From an uncultured Burkholderiales bacterium (GTDB lineage: Bacteria; Actinomycetota; Acidimicrobiia; IMCC26256; JAGPDB01): a stretch of DNA of 64,000 bases. The DNA lies in the NCBI GenBank assembly GCA_964561855.1, contig CAZLQP010000002.1:64475-128474 (forward strand), given 5' to 3'. The notes below the pieces were generated by a model. It ran no database searches. It was not told where the DNA came from and saw nothing but the letters and a program-made list of their open reading frames with translations. Made by a program: the position numbers and the translations under genes. Of the stretch, positions 39,396 to 49,535 are shown piece by piece (position 1 is the stretch's first letter; each line of letters opens with the position of its first letter).

Positions 39396-39935
39396 CTACT
39401 TGGCTGACTTACCAGCTTTACGACGAACGTATTCGCCTTCGTAACGTATACCCTTACCTTTGTATGGTTCTGGCTTTCTGATTTTTCTGATATTGGCAGC
39501 AACTTGACCTACAAGTTGCTTATCGATTCCAGATACTTCAATTCTTGTTTGAGTTGGAGTCACAAAAGTAATTCCTTCTGGAGCTTCAAAAACTACAGGA
39601 TGAGAAAAACCAAGTGCCATATCCAACTTTGATGAACCTTGAGCATTTGCTCTATAACCCACACCTTGAATTTCTAAAGCTTTTGTATAACCCTCAGAAA
39701 CACCTACGATGTTGTTAGCAATCAATTGTCGAATCAGACCATGAAGAGCTTTGTTCTCTCGCTCATCATTAGCTCGAGCAACTTTTACTTCATTGTCTTC
39801 AACAGTTACTGTGATATTTTGTGGAATTTCGTTTTCTAGTTCGCCTTTAGATCCTTTGACCTTAACAACTGATCCAGAAACAGAAACTTCTACACCGCTA
39901 GGAACGGGAATCGGTTTCAATCCTACACGTGACAT
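39396..39935 (-). CDS. rplF: 50S ribosomal protein L6
   Basis: [18 protein letters not shown]-terminus. Confidence 0.97.
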   Translation of the reverse strand: MSRVGLKPIPVPSGVEVSVSGSVVKVKGSKGELENEIPQNITVTVEDNEVKVARANDERENKALHGLIRQLIANNIVGVSEGYTKALEIQGVGYRANAQGSSKLDMALGFSHPVVFEAPEGITFVTPTQTRIEVSGIDKQLVGQVAANIRKIRKPEPYKGKGIRYEGEYVRRKAGKSAK

Positions 39936-40340
39936 TTACCACACCTCACAAAGTACTTCGCCACCGACGTGAGTTTCACGAGCTTGACGATCTGTTATTA
40001 CACCTTTTGATGTAGAAAGAATAGCAATACCCATTCCACCTAACACTCTAGGAATTTCATTTGACGGTTTATATATACGAAGACCAGGTTTTGAAACTCT
40101 TTTAATACCTGTAATTACTCTTTCACGCTTTGGTGAATATTTCATTTTAATATTCAAAACTTTATATGGTTTATCAGCTGGGTCTTCAACACTGAATTCT
40201 TCAATGAAACCTTCAGAATGCAATATTTTTGCAACTGCTTCTTTAAGTTTGCTTGAAGGCATTGATACTTGGTCATGCATAGCAATATTCGCGTTACGAA
40301 TACGGGTAAGCATATCTGCGATTGGGTCTGTTACGTTCAT
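39936..40340 (-). CDS. rpsH: 30S ribosomal protein S8
   Basis: [14 protein letters not shown] motif. Confidence 0.97.
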   Translation of the reverse strand: MNVTDPIADMLTRIRNANIAMHDQVSMPSSKLKEAVAKILHSEGFIEEFSVEDPADKPYKVLNIKMKYSPKRERVITGIKRVSKPGLRIYKPSNEIPRVLGGMGIAILSTSKGVITDRQARETHVGGEVLCEVW

Positions 40341-40352
40341 CTGCTTACCTCC

Positions 40353-40538
40353 TTACCATGATGCCTTGGTAACGCCGGGGAGTTCCCCATTGTGTGCCAT
40401 ATTTCTAAAACATATTCTGCAAAGGCCGAACTTCTTGAAAACACTACGTGGACGTCCGCAACATCTGCATCGTGTGTATCCTCGAACCTTGAACTTTGGT
40501 TCTCTTTGTTGTTTATTTACGAGAGCTTTTTTTGCCAT
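40353..40538 (-). CDS. rpsN: 30S ribosomal protein S14, short Zn-ribbon (type Z) form
   Basis: 61 aa. CRCCGRP...CRIC. Confidence 0.96.
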   Translation of the reverse strand: MAKKALVNKQQREPKFKVRGYTRCRCCGRPRSVFKKFGLCRICFRNMAHNGELPGVTKASW

Positions 40539-40557
40539 GTATTCCTCTACTTAGAAC

Positions 40558-41109
40558 CTATTGATTATCCGACTTAAACGGAAAACCAAGAGCTTGTAGT
40601 AATGCTTTACCGTGTTCGTTAGTTGTTGCTGATGTACAAATGGTGATGTCCATACCTCGAGGTGTATCAATATCGTCATAGTTGATTTCTGGGAAAATCA
40701 ACTGCTCATTGATACCAAAGGTATAGTTACCTCGACCATCGAAACTTTTTGGATTTAATCCTCGAAAGTCTCGAATTCTTGGAATCGCAAGAGTAACTAA
40801 GCGATCATAGAACTCCCACATACGATCTCCACGCAATGTAACTTTCGCACCAATCGCTTGATTCTCACGAAGCTTAAAACCAGCAATTGATTTTTTAGCA
40901 CGAGTGATCGCAGCTTTTTGACCAGATAGTGCTGTTAAGTCTTTTACTGCACCTTCAATCAAGTTACCTTGCTGTGTAGCTTTACCTACACCTGTATTGA
41001 TAACAATCTTTGTCAATGTTGGAACTTCATGAATGTTTTTTAGTTCCAAGTTTGATTTCAAGTTGTCAGCAACTTCTGATCTGAATTTTTCTTTTAGACG
41101 AGGAGCCAT
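40558..41109 (-). CDS. rplE: 50S ribosomal protein L5
   Basis: 183 aa, spc-operon position. Confidence 0.97.
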   Translation of the reverse strand: MAPRLKEKFRSEVADNLKSNLELKNIHEVPTLTKIVINTGVGKATQQGNLIEGAVKDLTALSGQKAAITRAKKSIAGFKLRENQAIGAKVTLRGDRMWEFYDRLVTLAIPRIRDFRGLNPKSFDGRGNYTFGINEQLIFPEINYDDIDTPRGMDITICTSATTNEHGKALLQALGFPFKSDNQ

Positions 41110-41435
41110 TAGAGATCACTTCCAGTCTTTTTTGAATAGCGCACTTTGACGCGCTTTCCGTCTTGTTCTTCAACGCGAACACCAACTCGAGTAGCTTGAC
41201 CATCTTGGTCAATTAACATCACGTTACTTACATGAATAGGCATATCTTTTTCGATAATACCTGCTTGCATAGTTGCACGTGTTTGCTTTTGGTGTTTTTT
41301 AGAAATGTTCGCACCTTCAACAAGAACTTTGTCTTTAGAAGGATATGTACGAATCACTTCGCCTTCTTTTCCTTTATTCTTTCCTGAGATAACACGAACT
41401 TTATCGCCTTTACGGATCTTCATAGTCTTAGCCAT
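41109..41435 (-). CDS. rplX: 50S ribosomal protein L24
   Basis: 108 aa. [23 protein letters not shown] motif. Confidence 0.97.
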   Translation of the reverse strand: MAKTMKIRKGDKVRVISGKNKGKEGEVIRTYPSKDKVLVEGANISKKHQKQTRATMQAGIIEKDMPIHVSNVMLIDQDGQATRVGVRVEEQDGKRVKVRYSKKTGSDL

Positions 41436-41803
41436 TACAAAACCTCCGGTGCAAGAGAAACAATTCTCATAAATTTCTTGTCTCGAAGTTCACGACCAAC
41501 AGGACCAAAGATACGAGTTCCACGAGGAGACTTGTCGTCTTTGATAACAACGCATGCGTTCTCATCAAACCTTATATAGCTTCCATCAGGTCGTCTTTGT
41601 TCTTTCTTTGTTCGAACAACTACACATTTGACTACGTCACCTTTTTTAACTTGGCCACCTGGTTGTGCGTCTTTGACAGTCGCAACAAAGATATCTCCAA
41701 GTCGAGCGTAGCGACGTCGTGTACCACCCAAAACCTTGATGCAGAGAACTTCTCTTGCACCAGTGTTGTCGGCGACTTTTAGTCGACTTTCTTGCTGTAT
41801 CAC
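41435..41803 (-). CDS. rplN: 50S ribosomal protein L14
   Basis: [17 protein letters not shown]-terminus. Confidence 0.98.
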   Translation of the reverse strand: MIQQESRLKVADNTGAREVLCIKVLGGTRRRYARLGDIFVATVKDAQPGGQVKKGDVVKCVVVRTKKEQRRPDGSYIRFDENACVVIKDDKSPRGTRIFGPVGRELRDKKFMRIVSLAPEVL

Positions 41804-41809
41804 TTTTAC

Positions 41810-42076
41810 CTACTTTGCCTTCTCAACGATTTCAGTTAAACGCCAGCGCTTTTTAGCACTAAGTTTTCTTGTCTCTGAAATTCGAACTCTGTCGCCTTTT
41901 CCAGCTTCGTTGTTCTCGTCGTGTACATAAAACTTTTTAGATTGAAGTTGTGTTTTTCGATATTGTGGGTGAGGCTTACGGTAAGTTACAGTAACAACTA
42001 CTGTTTTATCCATTGCATCGCTAGTAACAATACCTTCGCGAACCTTGCGGCTTGCTCGTGTTTGTGTTTCACTCAT
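41810..42076 (-). CDS. rpsQ: 30S ribosomal protein S17
   Basis: 88 aa, S10-operon terminal position. Confidence 0.96.
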   Translation of the reverse strand: MSETQTRASRKVREGIVTSDAMDKTVVVTVTYRKPHPQYRKTQLQSKKFYVHDENNEAGKGDRVRISETRKLSAKKRWRLTEIVEKAK

Positions 42077-42294
42077 TATTTATCTCCCTGATCAGAGTCA
42101 GTAGATGCTATTTCTCGTTCACTTATAACAGTTTCTACTCGTGCGATTTCTTTCTTAACTTTTGATATTAAATTGTGCTTTTCTAATGAACCTGTTGCAT
42201 TTTGGAAACGTAAGTTGAAAAGTTCTTCTTTCAAATCAAGAAGCTTTGTCACGAGTTCTGCATCGCTAAGTTCACGGATTTCTGTTGCGTACAT
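42076..42294 (-). CDS. rpmC: 50S ribosomal protein L29
   Basis: 72 aa. ELFNLRFQ motif. Confidence 0.95.
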   Translation of the reverse strand: MYATEIRELSDAELVTKLLDLKEELFNLRFQNATGSLEKHNLISKVKKEIARVETVISEREIASTDSDQGDK

Positions 42295-42710
42295 TATTCA
42301 CCTTCCTCACGAACAATGAAACGTGTCTTCATAGGAAGTTTCATTCTGGCTAATCTCATAGCTTCACGAGCTGTTTCCTCGTTAACACCTGAAAGTTCAA
42401 ACATAACTCTTCCTGGCTTTACTTTTGCAACCCATCCTTCAGGGTTACCTTTACCTTTACCCATTCGAGTTTCGTTTGGTTTCTTGGTTACGGGTTGATC
42501 TGGGAAAATATTGATCCAAACCTTACCGCCACGTTTAATATAACGAGTCATAGCAATACGAGCAGCTTCTATCTGACGGTTAGAAACTTTCGCAGGAGCT
42601 AAAGCTTGAATTCCGTAGTCACCGAAACTAATTTGAGTTCCACCTTTAGATAGACCACGCATACGGCCTCGCATTTGCTTGCGATACTTAACCTTTCGAG
42701 GCATTAACAT
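42294..42710 (-). CDS. rplP: 50S ribosomal protein L16
   Basis: [20 protein letters not shown]-terminus. Confidence 0.98.
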   Translation of the reverse strand: MLMPRKVKYRKQMRGRMRGLSKGGTQISFGDYGIQALAPAKVSNRQIEAARIAMTRYIKRGGKVWINIFPDQPVTKKPNETRMGKGKGNPEGWVAKVKPGRVMFELSGVNEETAREAMRLARMKLPMKTRFIVREEGE

Positions 42711-42713
42711 TTT

Positions 42714-43652
42714 TTAGTCCTCCCCGCCTCTAAAGTGTGGAGTTTCATGTCCACCCTTAGCTGTACGGCGTTCGATTTCTTCTTCCTCTTCAAGAAGCTT
42801 TTCTAATTCAGGATCAGCTTCCGCGATAAGTGATTTTGATTCTTCAACAATTTCTGTGTCTTTGATTGAATCAACTTCAACTTCTTCAGCAACAACGCTT
42901 GATTTACGTTTTCCGCCACCTGATTTAACAACTCGCGGAGTTTCAGTAGTCGTAGCTCCTGAAGTTTCACCTGTTGCCATTGCTGCTTCACGAGCAATTT
43001 TGTCATCGGCAGAAACTTTGTAAGGAACAATGTCGCCTTTGTATAACCAAACTTTAACTCCGATACGACCAGCAACAGTTTTTGCAGAAACTGAACCATA
43101 ATCGATATCTGCACGAAGAGTATGTAGAGGAACTCGTCCTTCACGGTACCATTCAGTACGAGCCATTTCAGCCCCACCCAGACGACCTGAACATTGGATC
43201 TTAATTCCAAGTGCTCCAGCTTTAAGTGCAGTTTGAACTGCACGCTTCATTGCACGACGGAACGAAACACGTCCAGCAAGTTGATCCCCAACTCCTTGAG
43301 CCAACAACATTGCATCCAATTCTGGATTCTTAATTTCTTGAACATTTAATTGCGCTTTAGGATTACCAGTAATCTGCAAAAGCTTTCTGCGGTGCTTATC
43401 AATTTCTGCACCTTTACGTCCGATGACAATACCTGGACGTGCAGTAAATACATCTACACGTACACGATCTCCTGCGCGCTCGATTTCTATTCGGCTAAGA
43501 GCAGCGTGTTCTAATGCTGAAGTCAAATAAGCTCTGATTTTTGCATCTTGAATAACGTTTTCTGTATATTCAGTTCCAGATGCAAACCAGCGTGACTTCC
43601 AATCGGTTGTGTAACCTAGGCGGAAACCATAAGGATGAATTTTCTGACCCAT
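42714..43652 (-). CDS. rpsC: 30S ribosomal protein S3 with an acidic C-terminal extension of about 90 aa
   Basis: [14 protein letters not shown]-terminus. 312 aa, against the usual 210-240. Confidence 0.96.
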   Translation of the reverse strand: MGQKIHPYGFRLGYTTDWKSRWFASGTEYTENVIQDAKIRAYLTSALEHAALSRIEIERAGDRVRVDVFTARPGIVIGRKGAEIDKHRRKLLQITGNPKAQLNVQEIKNPELDAMLLAQGVGDQLAGRVSFRRAMKRAVQTALKAGALGIKIQCSGRLGGAEMARTEWYREGRVPLHTLRADIDYGSVSAKTVAGRIGVKVWLYKGDIVPYKVSADDKIAREAAMATGETSGATTTETPRVVKSGGGKRKSSVVAEEVEVDSIKDTEIVEESKSLIAEADPELEKLLEEEEEIERRTAKGGHETPHFRGGED

Positions 43653-44479
43653 TATGCGTCACCTTCTTTTTCTTCAGTTTTCTTCGTAGTCTTCTTTGCC
43701 TTAGGCGCAGCTTCTGTGTCTTCTGATTCAGTCACGGCTTCGCGCCCTTCGGGACTCTCGGAGCCTGAGGTCTCCTCGATCGCTGCAGATGTTCCTTCAT
43801 CAGAATCCACCGCAGCTTCGCCAGCCTTCTTAGCCGTAGTCTTTTTTGAAGTCGATTTCTTAGAAGCAGGCTTTTTCTCAACTTCTGAAGAATCCTCTAC
43901 ATCCGAGTCGGCCTTCTTCTTAGCTGGAGCTTTTTTAGCTTTTGGCTTGTCTTGGATTACTTCTTCATCTTCTGAAATTTCTTCATCAGTTGAAGCTGAA
44001 GCTTCCTCTTTAGCTTTTTGTGCAGCCTTAGATGCTTCTGCACGACGTCTGCGCTGTTCACGAGCATTAGCTGCACCTGAATTAGCTTCTTTCTGAGATT
44101 TCTTTTCAATCTCTTCTTCGCTCATGCGTTCAACAATGATCGTGATGTGACATGTTCGTTTAAAGATTCGAGTACCTCGTCCACGCGCACGTGCCCGGAA
44201 ACGCTTCAGCGTTGGACCTTCATCAACAAATGCTTCCGAAACTTTCAGTTCCTCTGCTGGAATCTGGTTGTTGTGTTCAGCATTAGCTATTGCAGAGTTA
44301 AGAAGTTTTGAGACTTCATGTGCTGGTCCACGATCACAAAGCAAAAGCTCAACTTGCGCTGCTTCTACATCTTTGTTTCTGATTAGATTTACTACTTGGC
44401 GAACCTTGTATGGTGAAGTACCAATATACTTCGCTACAGCTCGCACCTTTGGGCGCTCTTGGAGCTCTGTATCAGCCAT
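43652..44479 (-). CDS. rplV: 50S ribosomal protein L22 with a Lys/Ala/Glu-rich C-terminal extension of about 155 aa
   Basis: The L22 core ends near ITIIVERM. Total length is 275 aa. Confidence 0.95.
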   Translation of the reverse strand: MADTELQERPKVRAVAKYIGTSPYKVRQVVNLIRNKDVEAAQVELLLCDRGPAHEVSKLLNSAIANAEHNNQIPAEELKVSEAFVDEGPTLKRFRARARGRGTRIFKRTCHITIIVERMSEEEIEKKSQKEANSGAANAREQRRRRAEASKAAQKAKEEASASTDEEISEDEEVIQDKPKAKKAPAKKKADSDVEDSSEVEKKPASKKSTSKKTTAKKAGEAAVDSDEGTSAAIEETSGSESPEGREAVTESEDTEAAPKAKKTTKKTEEKEGDA

Positions 44480-44754
44480 TAGCGTCCCTTCTTTTCGTCT
44501 TTAGCATGACTTCTAAATGTTCGTGTTATTGCGAACTCGCCAAGCTTGTGTCCAACCATTGATTCTGAAATGAATACTGGAACATGTTTGCGACCATCGT
44601 GCACTGCAATAGTGTGTCCTACCATGTCAGGAATAATCATGGAACGTCGAGACCATGTCTTAATAACTTTTTTTGTTCCTGCTTCGTTTTGAGCTTCTAC
44701 TTTTTCGAGTAGATGATCATCAACGAAAGGTCCTTTTTTCAAACTACGTGACAT
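44479..44754 (-). CDS. rpsS: 30S ribosomal protein S19
   Basis: [16 protein letters not shown]-terminus. Confidence 0.98.
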   Translation of the reverse strand: MSRSLKKGPFVDDHLLEKVEAQNEAGTKKVIKTWSRRSMIIPDMVGHTIAVHDGRKHVPVFISESMVGHKLGEFAITRTFRSHAKDEKKGR

Positions 44755-44756
44755 AA

Positions 44757-45593
44757 TTACCTTCTTGATCCGCGACTTCGACGTCTACGAACAATCATTG
44801 AACTTGACTTCTTCTTCTTAGAACGAGTTCTAGTTTCTTTCTTACCCCAAGGTGAAACAGGATGACGTCCACCTGAAGTTTTACCTTCACCACCACCATG
44901 TGGGTGATCCACAGGGTTCATAGCAACACCACGAACATGTGGTCGCTTGCCTTTCCAGCGGTTACGGCCAGCCTTACCAACTTTGATAAGACCAAATTCT
45001 GAGTTACCAACTTCTCCAACTGTTGCACGACAGTCAATTGGAACTCGTCGCATTTCTGTTGAAGGCAAACGCAAAGTTGCATATTGTCCTTCTTTAGCAA
45101 CAAGCTGAACTGCAGCACCTGCACCTCGAGCCATTTTCGCTCCACCGCCAGGCTTTAATTCAATGTTATGAATTACTGTACCTACAGGGATGTAACGAAG
45201 TGGTAATGCGTTTCCAATTTTGATATCTGCTTTTTGGCCAGACTCAACTTTGGTTCCAACTTCAAGATCCTTCGGCGCAATTATGTATCGCTTTTCTCCA
45301 TCTTCATAGTGAAGTAAAGCAATACGAGCATTACGATTTGGATCGTATTCAATAGAAGCAACCTTTGCAGGAATCGCATCTTTGTTACGGTGAAAATCGA
45401 TGATTCTGTATTGTTGCTTGTGACCGCCACCACGATGACGTGAAGTCATACGACCAAGGTTATTTCTTCCACCTGTGCGGTTCTTTTTAGCTAATAGAGA
45501 CTTTTCTGGTTTTGTTTTTGTAATTTCTTCGAAAGTTGAAGAGCTTTGAAAACGTCGACCAGGGCTCGTTGGTTTTCTAGAACGGATAGCCAT
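44757..45593 (-). CDS. rplB: 50S ribosomal protein L2
   Basis: 278 aa. [15 protein letters not shown] motif. Confidence 0.98.
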   Translation of the reverse strand: MAIRSRKPTSPGRRFQSSSTFEEITKTKPEKSLLAKKNRTGGRNNLGRMTSRHRGGGHKQQYRIIDFHRNKDAIPAKVASIEYDPNRNARIALLHYEDGEKRYIIAPKDLEVGTKVESGQKADIKIGNALPLRYIPVGTVIHNIELKPGGGAKMARGAGAAVQLVAKEGQYATLRLPSTEMRRVPIDCRATVGEVGNSEFGLIKVGKAGRNRWKGKRPHVRGVAMNPVDHPHGGGEGKTSGGRHPVSPWGKKETRTRSKKKKSSSMIVRRRRSRGSRR

Positions 45594-45926
45594 TTATGCT
45601 CCCAACACTTCTATTGAGTCGCCATCTTTAAGAGTGACAACTGCAATTTTCTTACCAGGACGAGTACCGAATGTACCGGTCTTACGATTTCGTTTTCTTT
45701 TACCTTGACGGTTGTGTGTTCGAACACTTTCAACTTTTACATTGAATAGTTCTTCTACAGCATTTCGGATTTCAACTTTGTTTGAATCTGAAGCAACAAC
45801 GAAAGTGTAAACACCTTCATCAAAACCTTCGTAGCTCTTTTCTGAAACTACAGGGGCTTTGATTACTTCACGAAATCTAACTACATTTCTTGCTTTTGAC
45901 TGCGCAGATTGTTCTACAGTTTTCAT
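45594..45926 (-). CDS. rplW: 50S ribosomal protein L23
   Basis: 110 aa. Positioned between rplD and rplB. Confidence 0.93.
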   Translation of the reverse strand: MKTVEQSAQSKARNVVRFREVIKAPVVSEKSYEGFDEGVYTFVVASDSNKVEIRNAVEELFNVKVESVRTHNRQGKRKRNRKTGTFGTRPGKKIAVVTLKDGDSIEVLGA

Positions 45927-46669
45927 TTAGCAGCCTCCTTTTCAAGTGCATCAATGCCAGCATCGATAATGTTGTCGTAAGTTACGCTGTCGTCTTGTTC
46001 AGAGTAACTTGCAACATGTTCACCTTTAAGCATTCTTAGAAGTGCATCGAAAGTGTCTTGAGAAAAGACTACGTAGTCACTGCATAGAACATCGTATGCA
46101 TTTAACTCTCTTGGAAGAATTAGTTGTACTTGATCTGATAAACCACGAAGTGACTTCCACGTATTTTCATCTCGATGATCAACAACAACCAGGAGTCTTG
46201 GTAGTTTTTCTTTAACATTTGAGCTTCGAAGTTCTAGTGCTTCTAGGACTTTGATTGCGTCTTTAGTTTTAGGAGCTTCAATGTCCCAGCTATCGACGAT
46301 TACAATCTTTGAATCTTGTGCACGATCAGAAAGTGATTGCAACAAAGCTGCACGGATCATTTTCTTTGGTGTCTTTTGAGAATAATCACGTGGACGAAGA
46401 GCGTGTGTCATTCCACCACCACGCCAGATTGGAGAACGTGATGATCCTGCACGTGCACGACCTGTTCCTTTTTGACGCCATGGCTTTGATCCACCACCGC
46501 TTACTTCAGAGCGAGTTTTAGTTTTTTGTGTACCTTGTCGAGCTGCTGCTAATTGAGCAAGCACAACTTGGTTAAGTAAAGATATGTTTGGCTCTAAACC
46601 GAAGAACTCCTCTGGAAGTTCTATCTTCTTTGAGTCTTTACCTTGTGAAGTTTTTGAGGTGATCTGCAT
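45923..46669 (-). CDS. rplD: 50S ribosomal protein L4
   Basis: 248 aa. KPWRQKGTGRAR motif. Confidence 0.96.
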   Translation of the reverse strand: MQITSKTSQGKDSKKIELPEEFFGLEPNISLLNQVVLAQLAAARQGTQKTKTRSEVSGGGSKPWRQKGTGRARAGSSRSPIWRGGGMTHALRPRDYSQKTPKKMIRAALLQSLSDRAQDSKIVIVDSWDIEAPKTKDAIKVLEALELRSSNVKEKLPRLLVVVDHRDENTWKSLRGLSDQVQLILPRELNAYDVLCSDYVVFSQDTFDALLRMLKGEHVASYSEQDDSVTYDNIIDAGIDALEKEAAK

Positions 46670-47325
46670 TAGTTACTCACCTTCTTTGCTGGAGCTTTTG
46701 CTCCTGTCTTGATAAATACAACAGAACCTTTGTTACCAGGCACTGAACCTTTAATCATTAGAACATTTCGCTCTGGGTCTGCTGCTACGACTTTAAGATT
46801 TTGTGTAGTAACAGTAACTTGACCAAATTGACCGGCCATTCTTTTACCTTTGAAAACACGACCTGGCGTTGCACAAGCACCAATTGATCCTGGTGCACGG
46901 TGGTGTTTATGGTTACCGTGTGCTGCACCTTGACCTTTGAAGTTGTGGCGCTTCATTCCACCAGCAAAACCGTGACCTTTAGAGATACCAGTTACGTCTA
47001 CGATTTCGTCTTTTTCAAATTGGTCAACTGTAATTGCTTGACCAACTTCGTAACCTTCTAGATCTTGAACTCGGATTTCTGCAAGCTTGCGTGCAGATTC
47101 GATGTTTGCATTTTTTAAATGTCCAAGAGCTGGCTTGGTCATATTGCGTTCTTTTTTCTTTCCCATCGCTAATTGGATAGCACTGTATCCATCGCGTTGG
47201 GGAGTTTTAATTTGTGCAATATGACAAGGCTCACATTGAATAACGGTTACAGGAATAACCTTGTTGTTTTCATCCCAGAGTTGAGTCATTCCGACTTTCA
47301 CTCCGAGCATGCCTTTAGTAGTCAT
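46669..47325 (-). CDS. rplC: 50S ribosomal protein L3
   Basis: MTTKGMLGVKVGMTQLW N-terminus. Confidence 0.97.
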   Translation of the reverse strand: MTTKGMLGVKVGMTQLWDENNKVIPVTVIQCEPCHIAQIKTPQRDGYSAIQLAMGKKKERNMTKPALGHLKNANIESARKLAEIRVQDLEGYEVGQAITVDQFEKDEIVDVTGISKGHGFAGGMKRHNFKGQGAAHGNHKHHRAPGSIGACATPGRVFKGKRMAGQFGQVTVTTQNLKVVAADPERNVLMIKGSVPGNKGSVVFIKTGAKAPAKKVSN

Positions 47326-47362
47326 GACATTGGCTCGTTTCTAGTTGCGGGCTTATCTTTTG

Positions 47363-47390
47363 TACCTTTTGGAGGGTCAGTCCTCCGGTA
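47363..47390. repeat. Half copy of the palindromic repeat (gtaccttttggagggtcagtcctccggtac) in the rplC 5' leader
   Basis: Matches the right arm of the 39322..39391 copy. Flanking gtacc/ggtac can close a small stem. Confidence 0.8.
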
Positions 47391-47604
47391 CTTTTGGCGT
47401 TTATTCACACCAACGCTCCGACAGTGCTGGGCACTCGGAGCGCGAGATCAGTTGTGTTATCTGGTTCCTTGGAACGGAATTGTTCTAAGGCCTTGATAAA
47501 CGTCGGTTAAAACGTGTAGCTAATTTTGTTTCGCAAAATTGGCAAGGTGATATATATTAGGGCAACTTTAGGGCTTTTGTACAATCGGAGCGAAAAGTTC
47601 TCAC

Positions 47605-47635
47605 TAAACAAAAATGGCCCGACAAAAGTCGGGCC
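47605..47635 (-). terminator. Intrinsic terminator after the 595-aa gene (GGCCCGAC-TTTT-GTCGGGCC, then ATTTTTGTTT on the minus strand)
   Basis: 8-bp GC stem at 47616-47635 plus a U-rich tract. Confidence 0.85.
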
Positions 47636-47653
47636 ACAAAACTATTGCTTAAG

Positions 47654-49441
47654 TTATCTGGCAATACCTCGAGGCTTGATTGCTTGCCAAACAGATTTCG
47701 CAGTTTCAACTACTTGTCCTGCCCTTTGAGCAACCTGGCTCGCTCTTTCAGCTACTCTTCCAGCTAGATGTGCACCATTTGCAATTCTTGATGTTGAAGT
47801 AAATGGAGCAGGCTTTGACTCGATAACCGGTGATTCGCTCTCTTGAGCAACTACAGGCTCTGCAACTGGCACTACAACAGGAGCAGGTTCAAACGTTGTA
47901 GGTTGAATTGTTCCTAATAAAGCACCAGCCAAAAGGTTACCTTCGGCTTGTGAAAGCACTATTGGAGCTGTCTTAACAGTTGTCGCTTCAGGGTTCAATC
48001 TTAGTGATGCTGGTAATAATGCATCTGGCACTGAATAACCTTGCATCTGTGAAACTCGATTCTCGCCTTGAATATATGCTGGCTGAACTTCTGGTTCATT
48101 CGCAGGTGTTGATTCGATTGTTGAACTTGCAGTGGTAGTAGGTTCTGGAGTTAGAAATGTTTCAACTGGTGTGAAATATGGAGTTTCTGGTTCAGCCCAA
48201 AGCAGTGGAGGTGGTGTTGGAACCCCTGAGCTTTCGACAACTGGTTGAACTACAGGTTCTGAAAAGGCAATTTCTTCTGTCGCCCAGTCGTAAAGCTTTG
48301 GTCGATCAACTGTCATATCTACAACTGCTGGTTCAAAAGGTACTTCTGGAGTTTCAAAAATAGCTTCGAATTCGTCGATTACAGTTGGAGATTGTTCAGT
48401 TTCAGGAAATCCTTCAGTGTTTTCGAAGATTGCATCGATTTCAGCTGCAAGTTCTGGATTTAGTTCTGTTTCTAGGCTTTCTTGTCCATCTTTTCTTCTT
48501 CTAGCCGCCGCTGCCGCAGCTGCAGATCCAGCAAGCAATGCAGCTCCTGCGCCAACAGCTCCACCGCCGACCATAAGACCAAGAATCGGATTTATTCCTG
48601 TTCGCGGCAAAGTACCTTTAGGTCCTTCTGGCTGAGCTTGAGGTTGAGGTTCTGCTGGTGGAGCAGGTTGCGGAGCAACTGTTGTTGGAGCCTCAGTTGT
48701 TGGAGGTTCAGTTGTTGGAACAACAGTTGTTGTTGTGGTTGTAGTGGTTGTCGTTGTAGTTGTAGGAATCTCAGGTTCTTTTATTCCACATTCGTCTACT
48801 AAAAATGCCATCGCTTCTTCAAGAGTGAGAGGATTGTCTCCTTCTTCTTGAAGAATTCTCAAAGCTTCTTCAAAACCTTCAGGAGTTGTGATATCAACAT
48901 CTCGAAGTTCTAAACCTTCAAGAAATTCTGGACATGCACCTTCGTCATGAGGAATTGTTGTAGTAGTAGAAGGAGTTGTTGTTGTAGTAGTAGAGGCTGG
49001 AGGTTCAGTTGTTGTAGTAGTTGAAGGGTGAGTTGTAGTTGTTGTAGAAGCTGGTGGCTGTGTTGTAGTCGTTGGTGGTTCAGTAGTTGTTGTTGGAATT
49101 GTAGTTGTAGTTGTAGGAACTGGCTTTGGCTTTCCACACTCATCAACTAGATATGCATTAGCTTCAAAAGGAGTCATTTCTCTTTCGGAAATAAGGATTG
49201 TATATGCACTTTCCCAACCAGCAGGAGTAGTAATATCGATACCTCTTAGTTCAAGACCTTCTAAGAATTCTTCACAACCACCTTCATCTTGAACGAGTGT
49301 AGTTGTAGTGCCATTAGCACCCACTGGAGCAGCGTTATTTATGGCAAGACCAGCACCACCACCGAACAATGCTGCTGTTGCACCAATGGAAACAGCTGCT
49401 CGTCTGATTGGATTTGGTTGTCTTACTTTTTTGGGAGCCAT
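47654..49441 (-). CDS. Thr/Pro-rich exported protein with two copies of a two-Cys domain, an internal LPRTG + TM + RRRK sorting-signal-like segment, and a tail of about 280 aa
   Basis: 595 aa. N-terminal signal-like segment. Repeats at residues 53-103 and 167-219. LPRTG at residues 278-282. AAAGGA RBS 6 nt before the ATG. Confidence 0.8.
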   Translation of the reverse strand: MAPKKVRQPNPIRRAAVSIGATAALFGGGAGLAINNAAPVGANGTTTTLVQDEGGCEEFLEGLELRGIDITTPAGWESAYTILISEREMTPFEANAYLVDECGKPKPVPTTTTTIPTTTTEPPTTTTQPPASTTTTTHPSTTTTTEPPASTTTTTTPSTTTTIPHDEGACPEFLEGLELRDVDITTPEGFEEALRILQEEGDNPLTLEEAMAFLVDECGIKEPEIPTTTTTTTTTTTTTVVPTTEPPTTEAPTTVAPQPAPPAEPQPQAQPEGPKGTLPRTGINPILGLMVGGGAVGAGAALLAGSAAAAAAARRRKDGQESLETELNPELAAEIDAIFENTEGFPETEQSPTVIDEFEAIFETPEVPFEPAVVDMTVDRPKLYDWATEEIAFSEPVVQPVVESSGVPTPPPLLWAEPETPYFTPVETFLTPEPTTTASSTIESTPANEPEVQPAYIQGENRVSQMQGYSVPDALLPASLRLNPEATTVKTAPIVLSQAEGNLLAGALLGTIQPTTFEPAPVVVPVAEPVVAQESESPVIESKPAPFTSTSRIANGAHLAGRVAERASQVAQRAGQVVETAKSVWQAIKPRGIAR

Positions 49442-49535
49442 ATTAAATCCTTTTACTAGGTTTTATGAAGTAACGTATTATTTCGGACAAATTAACACAA
49501 ATAAGTGTAGCGGGTATTTCATGAGAATGCAAAAA

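Noticed and set aside
43635-44096. 153-aa plus-strand ORF antisense to the L22 tail. Similar long antisense or alternative-frame ORFs occur at 54918..55421, 42803..43243, 48482..48802 and 48910..49146.
   Set aside because: These are shadow ORFs. They arise from low-complexity or strongly biased codon runs inside confidently identified genes (L22, EF-Tu, S3, the Thr-rich protein). They have no RBS and no recognisable motifs.
48660-49100. Periodic nucleotide repeats (gttgt/agttgt units), plus the gtc/atc triplet run at 60425..60545, which could be mistaken for a repeat array or CRISPR.
   Set aside because: They are in-frame codon repeats for poly-Thr/Pro and poly-Asp/Ser tracts inside ORFs. 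There is no repeat-spacer architecture and there are no cas genes.
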